Shown: piece by piece, positions 28,301-40,900 of the stretch
Layout of the letters: each line of letters starts with the position of its first letter
Numbering within the stretch: the stretch's first letter is position 1
Source of the DNA: Tubulanus polymorphus
Taxonomy: Eukaryota > Animalia > Nemertea
Assembly (NCBI RefSeq): GCF_964204645.1
Contig: NC_134026.1
Span: forward strand, 19,130,150-19,194,149
Length of the DNA: 64,000 bases
Direction: 5' to 3'
Position numbers and translations under genes: made by a program
Notes under the pieces: model-generated
What the model was told of the DNA's origin: nothing
The model's input: only the letters and a program-made list of their open reading frames with translations
Database searches by the model: none

Positions 28301-31264
28301 AACAATAACTATGGGTTACTCCATGTAACTTAGTATTACTATTGGTTGCCGGTTGCTCCATATTACCGGTACTTCAGATTACTACACTTAACATTTAGCC
28401 TATAATTCCAGTTTTGATTATGTTTAGCCTACTTCAGTGACTTTGACTAATATTCGCAACACTTAACAAAATGCTTCGATCAATTTCAGAGTAATTTGCG
28501 TATAAAGTCCGACGAGTATGTTATGAAAAAGCGAAGAGTGATACCTGAGCTTTTCCAGTGGCAGCCAAAATATGATAAGAAAAACGCTTCTTTGATCAAA
28601 ACATGTCGAAATTCTGTACAAGGAAAGTCCCTCATTGCGGATGAAAGAGGTAAAAAGCTGGCATCATCATCTGTCAGTCGGCTCATGGCAGTAAATCTAG
28701 AATTCAAGCCAAGGGCCATCTCAAAAATATAACAGTTAATCTATTGAAATAACATAAGGACCTTGACCAGGTCCATCTCCTTTTTCGAATGAAGAAAACT
28801 TTTTATCAATCAGAGAATGGAGAAACAACAGTCCGGGCTGCGTTACTGACTCAATGGGTATTGAAGGTATCCGATATCTCCATTCTCAGGAGGTACAATA
28901 GGTTGATCGTCAACTGTTGATTTGACGAATTTCATGTTTGATTTCTTGAAATCAAGGAAAAATTACCCGCGAAAGGGTGAATATGAGAGAGCGTACTCGT
29001 GACTTTGAAGAAAAAAATCGGCATGATTTTGTGAATCTCTTGGTATAATTTTCCGTGAATTGTGAATGTCTCGGCGAGCATCAAATCGAATAGGGTGGGA
29101 ATTCGAACATCATTTGGTCAGAATTGAACGGTTTATTAACGTGTGGCAAGTGAGGTTATGTAATAGACATTCATTTGCCTTTCGGTTATGGTTTTGAATG
29201 CCGTATAGTTGGGGTTGTTACGACTTCAATGCATCATTTATTCATAAAAACTAAAACCGTTCATGAATATGGCCGTGAAATTGTGAATTTCCTCATTTTT
29301 TTACATGAAAATGTGGATTCATACCCCCTATTGCCCCCCATTCATTCTGTCAGGGGGTTTGATTGCAAAATGGAGCCACCATTCAATATTGATGATTGTA
29401 TAGGCTATTCCAATTGTCTCAATCATGGCATTTAGAAAGTATACTCGTATATGCCGCTATAAAAACTCTTCAAACCTTCTCTCAAGGCTTATCTAACCCT
29501 TAACCATACATTAAAACTTTTACTGCTTTAGCTGAGTTTCAATGTCATTGGTATTAGGATTTTGTTCTCCTGGGGGCGCTCAATGCTGAAATTGTCAGAT
29601 TGTTGGTATCATCCCTGGACTCCTAGTTTAGGGAACCAACCGAGACACGTTTGACTGTGAAGTAAAAACCCACAATATAATGAAAAAACTAAATGTGAAT
29701 TAGTGACAAGGCTACTATGTGATGCCTGGTGTAGCTGCTAGGATATAGTGAGTGAGGAATTGATTTTGAGGGGAGAAATCTAATCTTACTTGGAATTAAA
29801 CTGTTAAATCACAGAGTTTTTAGAAATAATAGCTGACTTTAAGAATGCATCATTCATACAAATCAGAGCAAGGGTAGATTAATTGGAGAAATGTGTGAGA
29901 AAATAGCATTCAGTGGTTTGGCATTTTCAACGTCTTTTTGGTGTTCTTTTTTATGTACATTTAATGATAGTGGGTCTTTACTTTATTCATATCTGACAGT
30001 CAACTGTCTGTGGAGACCAAAAGTTTAACTGTATGTCCACTTATATATTGTTAGGTTACGTTTGTGATCGATTGAACATTTTGCCCGGTGGATGTTGTGA
30101 TATAAAGTCGCGATCAACGAAACACTATATCTGTGATAGTTGTCTTCAGAACGGTTGCTGTAATATCTACGAACACTGCGTTTCTTGTTGTTTACAACCT
30201 GAAAAGGTAAAAATTACAGATACGAAAACTGAATAAATTCATGATAATAGATAGTCCATTGTTCCTCTGATATTTATTTACTCGTCTTAATGACCAGAAA
30301 AATATATGAAGCATTTTGTGCCTTTCAACCAGAAAAATGAGAACCTGTAGTAATTACGCATGTGCAAAAACATTTTATTTTGGATCTTCAGCCGCCATAG
30401 GAATTGCCCTTGGAAATGATTTTATTCTGTTGTTTTTTTTCAGCAACCGCTGTTGCGAAAAATATTAGGAAAAGCTGCCGACGCATTGAGTCACATTTTT
30501 GCCTCTGTAACGGATCATTTTGAACTCTGTCTCGCCAAATGTAGAACATCGTCTCAGGTTAGTTTATTTACTGGTAAAAGTGGTCCTATCTCTGTCGGTA
30601 TCTCTGTTTCACTACCATACCACATTAATCCATTGTCCGGATATTGACACTTTTCATCTGTCCGTCAGTCTGTACACGGATTTGTTTTGTAAAGTTTTGA
30701 AAGCACATCAATGGGTTGTCTTGATATTTGGTTTATACATTTATCTACGTACCACCCAAAGACTGGCACGATCTGAGTAAAGATGGCTGACTGGCAGCCA
30801 TTTTCGTTCACCAAAAAAGCACTTTTTGCACATGTTTAAAGCTCTATGATTGTAGTGAGTTTCAAGCTCATAGATTACTGTATTTGTCCGCCAGGGGCGT
30901 TGATTATTGAAATTGTCAGATCGTCAAGCATTTCACCAAGTGGGTATGGTATACATTTTTCCCTGGGTAATGTGGCTGATGAAACTCTGTGATCCAAGTT
31001 ATTCTCAAAAATGTGCAATATTTGTTAGGTGCTACCATCTTTTGATAGACATTTTAATCGTGTGACAATACAGGTAGACACAGTGAAATTGTTTTTCTCT
31101 AACACGCAAACATGCCACTAGAAACTGCTTAAGAAATCATGTAATTTTTCCTCCATTTCGTTAAATTGCAGAGCGTTCAACACGAGAATTCTTATCGCGA
31201 TCCGGCTGCGAAATTTTGCTACGGGGAAAACGCGCCCAATCTACAACCGCAGGCTGCGTCGTGA
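25304..31264 (+). CDS. SPRING1: SREBP regulating gene protein (SPRING1/C12orf49, UPF0454), type II Golgi membrane protein, 5 coding exons
   Basis: Exons 25304-25396 ([25 protein letters not shown], signal anchor), 28490-28649 ([17 protein letters not shown]), 30055-30206 (YVC...GCC...[17 protein letters not shown]), 30444-30557 ([15 protein letters not shown]) and 31172-31264 ([18 protein letters not shown]...*). Phases are consistent and the cysteine-rich pattern matches human C12orf49. Confidence 0.96.
25618..25949. mobile_element. hAT-like MITE nested in a Tigger-like element (about 25534-26428)
   Basis: TIR CAGGGTCCCTACA / TGTAGTAACCCTG with TCCTTGAA subterminal repeats. Outer TIR CAGTGTGGAACCT / AGGTTCCACTG. 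Confidence 0.6.
27830..28440. repeat. Degenerate tandem/inverted repeat tract in SPRING1 intron 1
   Basis: Recurrent AGTAATATGAAGTAACC units at 27835-28070, and reverse-complement units (GGTTGCTCCATATTAC, TACTTCAGATTACT) at 28310-28440. Confidence 0.5.
29540..29630 (+). mobile_element. HINE family A terminal fragment
   Basis: GAGTTTCAATGTCATTGG...GGGGGCG...GAAATTGTCAGATTG...CCCTGGACTCCTAGTT matches the family 3' end. Confidence 0.6.
30655..30950 (+). mobile_element. Internally deleted HINE family A copy
   Basis: TTTTCATCTGTCCGTC, AAGATGGCTGACTGGCAGCCAT, GTGAGTTTCAAG and the 3' CCAAGTGGGTATGGT. Confidence 0.65.
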
Positions 31265-31957
31265 CAAGAACACACGATAACTCCCACAATCTCCATACTA
31301 CCATCGTAGCATAGCCATTGACTAGTCAAAATATCTGAATGAATGAATTTTTCTTAAAGATTAAGAAAAATAATTTTCTCTATAAAACTACCTGTAGTTC
31401 AGATTAACTCAGACTTAATCCAAATATTTATATTTAAATGTAATTTTGTTGCATACATGCCATATGTTACAACTGGCTTCCCTAGTCTAGAGTAGTCTTT
31501 ACTGCCTATGTGTATTATGTTTTATGTTCATTAGAATATGATTTGATATATTTATATTATTGTACATACATTCTGATATCTGCTGTATCTTTTTAGATAG
31601 TATCTCCTATGTAATAACGGTCTTTTTAAACTTTTTTTCTATTTGCAAACTTTAACTACGTATTTCAGATTATAGCTTAAGTGAATTTTTTTTTTTTTTT
31701 TAATTTTTCTGCGTGTAAATCTTTGAATTAGTATTAGGAAGTCTATCAAATTTCAATTGAATGTGATTTCATTGAACAACGTGAACTAGTAATTCCTATG
31801 TATGTATAGATTTGTTCATTTGTATTCCATAGTCTACTAAATTGCGATAAAACTTAATTGAATTTGCAATTTAAATTGTAAAATTTGCATATAGATATTT
31901 CTTATGTTATCCATCGAAAAACAACGATAGAAATTGATTTAATTAAATTGCATCGAA

Positions 31958-34900
31958 ATGTATACGAAAAGTGACACGTTAACCAGTCTGAACAATAAAC
32001 GTCGGCCCCAACGGACGGATAAATATCCGTTCGCGACGCAATGGCTCGATTCGTGTTATCAAGAGACGCTGTTACCCGATAAACCGTGGGAAAAGGTATG
32101 TACGATTAAGTTCCCAACCATAAGCAAATCAGAAGCCCACCTATTAACAAGTTTTAAATGAAAAAATGATCGATATAGCAATCACTTTGCTCTCAGTACT
32201 CACCCCCTGTGATAGATTGACATAACATCATTGGGCTATCGTAAGCCAGATCTTCAGGTAGTGAAATGTTGATTGAAACGAAAGCCGATTAAAAGTACAG
32301 CTGCATAATACGGGGATATTGGATGAAATTAATCCGGATTTGATGGTATACACTTAAAATGCAATTGTACATATTTCAGGTTCGTGATAAAATCACTGTT
32401 CAATTCGCCGAGAAGCTGAAAAGGCAGCAAGATTATCCGGAACGCTTCGAAATGATACTCAATCTCGTCGGCACCGAATTCAAAAAGACGTACTTTCCGG
32501 ATGTTGAATATAAACCATTCTTACTAGTACGTCATATACTGATGAGTTCTTTTTGTTATTTCATTCTTTTTTTGCGAGTCGAGTTGATATTCAACGGTTT
32601 ATTTTGCAGGAGCCGCCGAACATGCATAAAGAACAACGCGATAAACTGAAGGCAGAAGCGTCTGCTTGGCTTAGTAGCCAAGTTTATAAAGCGGCTAAGG
32701 AAGTTGATTGCAGTAGAGTTTTGCCAGGAATGGAACCTGCGTAAGATATTTCGTAACCAGAGTGCCGGTTTTATGAAAAAGTTAATCTCACTCAAATTTT
32801 CGTTTACCAATGGTGATTATTTCATACATATATTTTTTCAGTGAAAACGTTTGTCCCGAGATGTTGGTGTTTCTGCAAAATACGTACAACACATTTCAGA
32901 CTGGGTTAGATCGACAACTTCTTCAACTGGAACAAAATGTCCTTGTAGGTGTTTTTCAATTCATTTGTGTGTTGAATATTTTCGCTCGGTACGGCAAGCA
33001 TAGACTCCGACCCGTATTGTAGATTAGATTACGGTAGATACCGAGTAAATGTTTTACACTGAATTGCTTCGTTGAATGCAAATATAAGAAAACAATGGAC
33101 AGAAATAGTGGCGACATAACAGGAGAAAGAATGAATCTAAAAAGTTTATTTAGGCCTATAAATTTGAAATATTTCAAGTGGTTGCTACCACCCTTCTTCA
33201 GTCTAAGATGACTTACCGAAAGTGGCAAAAGGATGGTAGTAACCAACAGAAATATTTCTAATTTTTGCATAAACTTTTTAGATTCATTCATTTACTGTGG
33301 GTTTTTACTCATCGTTTCATCCATGATATTGTGAATCTCAACTGATTCATAAGAGGAGTTTATCATCCAAAAGGGAATTTTGTGTACATTCCAGATATTT
33401 AAACGCGAGATTCCAGATATTTAGTTACATAACTATTTATTGGTAGTCAGTACATGGTCAAAACAAGCGATACTATCAATGGCTAGTATAGTTTGAGAAA
33501 TTATTTTCATCTATTCTCATACATACAGAGAAGTAAAGATGAAGAGGAACAAGAAAAGTCGAAGAAGGAGAAGGAAAGGCGGAATATCGAACGTGTTGAA
33601 GTGCGGGCATATGGTACAGATGGATTGTCTAGTACTACATCGTCGGCTACAATCAGGAAGCGCCTATCGACTGCTGGATTTGATGGTGAGACTTTTTGAA
33701 GTTCTCTGCTGTCCTGGCTCGGTGGATATGGTTTTTGACCCATAAATCATTGATTCAAATCCCCAGTATAGCAGTATTATTTCACCAGATCATGAGCCAA
33801 TATTGCTCAATGATTTGCAAAGGCTGTACATCGGTCTATGCTACATACATATTGTGCATGTAAAACACTCTTTGCTAACATTATATTATTATTATTACAT
33901 ATATTTCATCATTACTTAAAACTTATAGAGCGTCTTTTCCCTGAAGACTCTAAAGCACTACCAGTAACCATCAGCCAGGATGATGTTTAAAAAAGATTCT
34001 TTTCTGTATCAGTATATTGATGCACATTTCTCGAAAATGGTTGAAATGAGTTGAGTTAAAAATCGTCTGTTTGATTCTATTCAAAATGATAACATGAACC
34101 TATGTTTTGGTTTTCGTACATGTATCCAATACGCAAATAGGCCTACATCTAAGAATATCCAAATCACATCATTCGGAGATGTCAAAATTACAGAATGGCT
34201 CCAGGAGGAATTGATTTTGGCATAATCTAGAAATTTCCATTACGGTGTTCAAGCACTAAGAACTCGCCCTAATTTTTCATGAAATCCTTCAGATCAAAAT
34301 ATTCGAGTTACTTTAACCATTAGGCTGTATTGCAAGTACGTCTCTGTTTTAGTGAAAATTGGAAAGATGCCCGGTGAAGCGCCAACTTTCACGACACCTC
34401 AAACGGAAGCTGTCGGCGAATCAGTGAAGGCGGTTCTAATGAGGGACCCAAGACGTTTTATTGACATCGCACGAAGGTTACATGGGCGTCAGTTACCGAT
34501 GTCATTGCGTGCGTACATGTGGCTCGATATTCTCTTCAAAACCGACCGCGAAAGGTTACCAGAAAGGTATTGATTGAACTGCAGTTGTGGGTTAGTTTAG
34601 TTATTACGACCTATTCACGGAATGATCATTCTCTTTCCTCCATGCGATTGTTCATTTTTAGCCCACTTGGGACTTTAGTCCCAGTGGGCTATTGCGTTCA
34701 CTTTTCGTCCGTCCGTCCGTCCGTAGACGGAATCCAGTTATTTTGTATGTATCTACCCTAGACACATCTTCAGCCCAAAAACTGGCCCTGTCAGATTCAA
34801 GATGGCTGACTGGCAGCCATTGTTGTTCGCCAAAATCAGCACTTTTTACATATTTTTGAACTTTTTGAGGAAAATTTTGAGGAAAAAGACGCTTTGATCA

Positions 34901-37900
34901 ATTACCTTGATCTTTCGGATATATGTGAATCCCCCCAGGGCCCATCAGCATAACAAAAAGTGGGTCAATCGGACTCAAGATGGCCGTCCTATGACCTTTT
35001 TAGTGCCCAAAAATGTTAATTTTGGCCCGAATTCTGAGTCCTGTAGCTTCCTACTGGTTTACCATTTCTCATTGCAACTTGTGATGGGTATTCTTTGGAA
35101 AGGGATGTTTTATACCTGAAACAGGTATTTTTCATCAGCCAATTATGACGCAATTGGCGGCCATCTTGGTGTCACCAGTACTCATTCGTAATTGGGAAAA
35201 AGTTTTTCCACATTATATTGATACCTAAGAGTATTTTGTTACCAAAATCAGTTAGAAAGTTGTAGCCCATAACGTGTTCTATGATTGTGGTGAGTTTCAA
35301 GGTCCTTGGATTTTGTATATGGCCACCAGGGGGCGTTGAATAATGCAATATCTTAGCATTTCTATATTATATTCGTACCTATGCATATTTTGTAACCACA
35401 ATAAATTGGAAAGTTGTAGCTCATGACATCATCTATGATTGTTGCGAGTTTTAAGGACATTAGTTATTCTATATGGTCACCAGGGGGCGTTGAATAGTAG
35501 AATTCCAGAGATGTGGTCTATAGGCGTCATCAAACCCATTTTCAAAAAGAATGGCGATCCCTCTAATCCTGATAATTATAGAGGTATTACCTTAGTTAGC
35601 TGTCTTGGTAAATTATTTACAAGTATCCTAAATCAAAGATTGTCAACATTCCTAGATACGAATCACATTATAAGTGAAGCCCAGGCTGGCTTTAGATCGA
35701 AATATTCCACCATTGATCATATTAACACGCTTAAAACAATCGTAGAGCTGTATCTTTGTCAGGGAAGAAGACTTTTTTGCGCCTTTGTTGATTTTAAGAA
35801 AGCTTTCGACTCGATTTGTAGGGTAACGTTATGGCGAAAATTAATTGCTAACAGTGTTAACGGAAACTTTTTCAATGTGGTCAAAAATATGTATAACTCC
35901 ATAAAATCATGTGTTGAATTAAATGGTTGCACGTCACAATACTTTGCAGCTGATAGAGGCTTAAGACAAGGCGAAAATCTCTCACCTATCCTCTTTTCGT
36001 TATTCTTAAACGACATTGAAGAATTTTTCATTGATCGTGGAAAACCGACTTTGTCATTTATAGAAAAACTAAATTTGAATCGTGATCAGGATATTGATAC
36101 TTTACTGAATTTATTCATAATACTATACGCAGATGATACAGTTATTCTTGCTGAGGATGAGAAATCTCTTCAGCTACACTTAGATACCTTATTTGAATAT
36201 TGCGCGGCTAATGGTCTCACTGTTAACTCAGAGAAAACTAAAGTACTAGTATTTGCGCGAAGTAAATCCCGGATAAAAACGATTTCAAAATTTATGTTTG
36301 GTGATCAAGAGTTAGAGGTAGTTGAAGATTATGTTTATCTCGGAGTAAAATTCAATTGGAATGGTAACTTTGCTAAGGCAAAAAAGTATCTTTACGATAA
36401 AGCTATCAGAGCTATGTTTTCGATCGTTCAAAAAGGCAGACGTTTGAAATTGCCCATAGATGTTATGTTTAAATTATTTGATACGTGTGTTGCTCCAATA
36501 GCCATGTATGAGTGTGAGATCTGGGGATACGAAAATCTTGATTTATTAGAAAATATTCATTGCTTCTTCTGTAAAATCTTAATGAAAGTGACGAAATATT
36601 CTCGCAACTTACAAGTTTTATCAGAGCTAGGACGTTACCCTTTGAATATAGATGTTAGACGCAGGATGATTAACTTTTGGGTGAAAACAGTATCTGGAAA
36701 GCAAACCAAACTTAATTCAATACTCTATAAAATATCTTTCAATTTATTTTTAAGGGATAAATTTAAGAGCCCTTGGTTATCATATATAAAGAAAACGTTA
36801 GATGACTGTGGTTTGTCCTGCATTTGGACGCAGCAATTCATGACTAACAGTAAATCTTTTTCAAAACGATTAAAACAGATACTCCGTGAACAGCACCTTC
36901 AAGAAACTGTATCTGCCATAAATACTAATCTGATATACACTAACTTTAGGCAATATAAAAATGATATTAGGTTAGAGAAGTATATAATAGAACTTGGTGA
37001 TGACTTAGGAACTAGTTTATTTGAATTTAGGGTCGGGTCCTATATTTTACCTGTGAACAAATTTTCAAACCTTCATTTAGACAGAGCCGATAGAATATGC
37101 CCCATTTGTAATACTTTAGGTGACGAATCCCATTTTCTGTTTGACTGTACCTTACTTAACGAACAACGCAAAAACTTTTTGAATTTGAATACCTTTAATA
37201 CCCTTGATATTCTGAAAAACCCAACGGTCAACTTAGCTAAATTCATTAAGACCGGCTTAGATGTATATAGATCCCTCCAATAGTATATATAGTATTGTAA
37301 ATAGTTGATGTATATAATAGTATATATAGTATTGTAAATAGTTGATGTATATATATATTTCGTTACGTTTTCATTCTCTAAATTTTAATCACTTCAGTGT
37401 TGTTTTGTAAATATTTGTATATACATGTGTAATAGTTTTCCTCCATATACCATGGAAATGGTTGGAGTGTAAATAAATCGTAAAACTTAATATTTCCTTA
37501 TTATATTGGTACCTAGGCATATTTTGTTACCATGATCAATTGCAAAGTTGTAGTTCATGACATGTTCTATGATTTTGGTAAGTTTCAAGGTCATTAGGTT
37601 TTGAATATGGTCACCAGGGGGCGTTAAATAGTAGAATAATAGTATTTCCATATTAAATTGGTAACGAGGCATATTTTGTTATCACAATCAATTACAAAAT
37701 CGTAGCTGCTGACATGTTCTATGATTGTGGTGAGTTTCAAGTTCATTGGTTTTTGTATATGGTCACCAGGGGGCGTTGAATATTGAAATTGTTAGATTGT
37801 TGAGCATTTGGAACCACTTCCCAAGTGGGCATGGTGTCCCTGGACCCCTAGTTTATGCAAGCATAAAGGCGGAGGGGTCATTTGAAATGCGTACAGATCT

Positions 37901-40900
37901 TTTCGGAGGAGGGGGTTTATAATTATTGCATGTATACAGATCCCAGTTGTATAATTGGGATTTGTACAAGGATTTGCCCCGGTTGTACAAAACCCTGAAT
38001 ACCCCTTGAAATGAAAATTGGTAAATCCAATTATTACGACGAAGGTTTTAGTTAATACACACATGTACGTTACGTACTTTACAACTGGGAACTGACATAT
38101 CACATCTCAGTGGACAGTATCAAGATATAATGTTACTGTTATATTTCAGCAATGTGGAGCGAGCAGTGCGAGAAAGATTTGGAAGAGCCGTCTCGAAAGG
38201 CGTTGTTGAACTACAGGTTAAAAGGGCAACTACATCAACTATAAATGGTCTCATTGAGAAGGCTGTGAAAGAGGTAGGAGGACCATTCCACCTGATGATG
38301 GCTCATCGTCATCAGCCGAAACATTGTGGTTTCGCTTTGATAAATCATATCGTGTAAAAATTCGAATTGTGGGACTTCTTCAATTATCTACAGTGTACAA
38401 GGATTAGTGTTTTATTCGACTCCTACTATCAAATGTTTATATCGAGTGAGGTCGAATTCCACCTTCTTCATTTCTCCTTTTCTCCTGACCACAAAAAGTT
38501 AGATCAGTGATTCTGCTTAGCTTGTATTCCTTTATAAAATCAAGAATTCTTATTTGTAAGCGGCTGTAAGATTGGACTGCAAGAGGTTTTAAGATATTTT
38601 TTGACTGGGCTGATGATGGCTTTGCAATGCGAGTCGATTTACGATTAGAAATCATCTTTTTTCATTCGGCCATTACCCTTTGCAACTGCTTTTACAATGG
38701 TGATCCAATAGCATCGAGGAAGATCCGAATTTCCAAATAACCCACAATAAACTGGTTAACTAGAATACGATAGATGCGTTGGTTACTCTGTTACAGGTTT
38801 ACAATCAAACACTTAGTATGCAGGGATACAATAATCAGTACCACGTTAAAGATACATGTCGCGCGCTGAATGTACTGTATACATATGATCGCAGCTATGA
38901 ACCATATCTCATACACTGGCTCTTCCCACTGCAAGTCGCATTCAAAGAGCAAAGCGATGCAGGTAAGAATGTTTTCTTTATACCAGTTTGAATATCAAAT
39001 CATATTTAAGACAAATTTTTCGGCACCACTATTAGTAGCCATCATCCAGAAATTTCCGGATCCTTGAAATTGCTTGAATGATTGTTCTGAAATAGTCTCA
39101 ATTTTTGAAATTCGAAGCTCGAGAGGGGTGTTTTGTTGACCTTTTAGGGCAAAATATTTATGAAACTTCTGGAATGTGAAAAAAATTTGGAACTGAAAAA
39201 TTCAAAACAGAGTCATCGGCACCCCCAACCACCCTAGTGACGCCCATGCTTTGAATGTCATTCATAAAATTGTTTGGCACATGAAATTTCACCTGTACTA
39301 GGTTCCACTAGGCTTATATGAAATAAGCAAACCCAGCTAGCTATCAGCCATATTATTTAGGATGCAAATGGTAAAAATGATTTTATCTTGAATGGTCGAT
39401 TAATGTAGGTGAACACGTCTACGAGTTGGCCATGTATTTGAATCTGTTGAACGAGCATTGTTTTCCGTCATGGCCCCAAATCTTCGCAATGGCTGAGCGC
39501 ACAATGGAAACGCTGGAAGTCGTCGATGAAGAACTGTACACTCACCTGAAAATTGTCGCTCAAAAGGACATAGCCTTCAATCCGAAAGTACGTACAATGT
39601 CAATACGGTTATAATGCATCTAAATGCCTGATAAACAGGACCCAATTTCACAGTTCTCTGTTGAATTTGAATCTAAGCGTTAAATCTATTGAGTCAAAAC
39701 TATTTGAAATCTCAGTTGCAACAATTTAATTGATGTTTATGGAATAGACATGGTGGGAAATCAGGAAAAGTGTGGAATATAAAAGATTCCAATAATGGTT
39801 GTGTTAATCGTGTATCTGAATTTCGCTGTGATGATATGGCACGCCAAAAGCAGATGTCAAGTGATGCAAAAGTTTGTCAATATTTTTCAGGAGTTTATGG
39901 TGTACTTGCTCCACGTCGAGAAAGAACAAGCATCAAGTTCTGATACGGAGAGAAAACGGAAAGTTACAGAAGCAATGAATTCAGGGTTGTTAGCCGATCC
40001 TGTTGTCTTTCTCAGAAAGTGGATTGGAGAGGTAGACAAATAACTCTTTGTCGATATATATTACATTATATTTCTAAGTAAATAGTGAAATGGAATACCT
40101 TCCTGTATTGTTGGAGTGTAAATGAATTACTACTAATATTATTTTCTTTTTTTTTACATTCGAATCTTATTTCCATTAAATAATGTACACAAAATTTCTA
40201 AAACTGACATTCTTCATAAAGTGATATTAAAGTGAGTTTGAATATCATATAATGATAACAGATATGTTCACCCCTGGATGCGCTGCAGATTCTAAGTAAC
40301 TACAAATATTATGCCAATTAAGTATTATTAGTATCCTCTGTTTGAGGTATCTGCAAACCATAAATTTCAGGGGCTGGCTCAAAAGACAAATTTTAACGTT
40401 TAGCCAGGGACCAGAAAGTTGACTAAACTCCCAAGTTAAAGTTGAAATCCCGGGTAGGGCCCTGTTTCGTGTAAACCCCAGGAACTATTTGAAATTTATC
40501 AGCTATTATTCTCATTGGGCGAACTCTTTTATCAGATCGGAGAATCCGTTTGCCTCCAATCGTACTCTTTTATTGGTCACGTGACTTTTTGGAGTCTCCA
40601 AAACCTCCTTTCTGTCGAGGTGGTGTGATTCGGATTTTGTGTGGAGCCAACCGGAGATTTTGGACGGAGACTTCGGAGGTCATAAAAGAGTATGCCCATT
40701 GACATTTAATTGTTACTTCATTTGTTATAGCCTAGGTTGAGGATTTGTACCTTGTCTCGACTTAAGGGGCAACGTTTCTATACCTTTGCATTCGAAATTT
40801 CTAGGGATTTGTGAGTATATTGGATACTGGTGCCGTTATGTTTATTTGGGATCAGTGTTTTCTACAAATGTGGCAAGGTCCGGCTATGGAACATATGTGT

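Noticed and set aside
31600-31957. RFX X-box supporting a ciliary role for the TBC/C2 gene
   Set aside because: Only poor partial matches (GTATTCCATAGTCTAC, GTTATCCATCGAAAA).
38606-38645. CTGATGA-T-GGCTT...GAGTC second hammerhead candidate
   Set aside because: The GAAA box is replaced by GATT and there is no stem I; at most a decayed relic.
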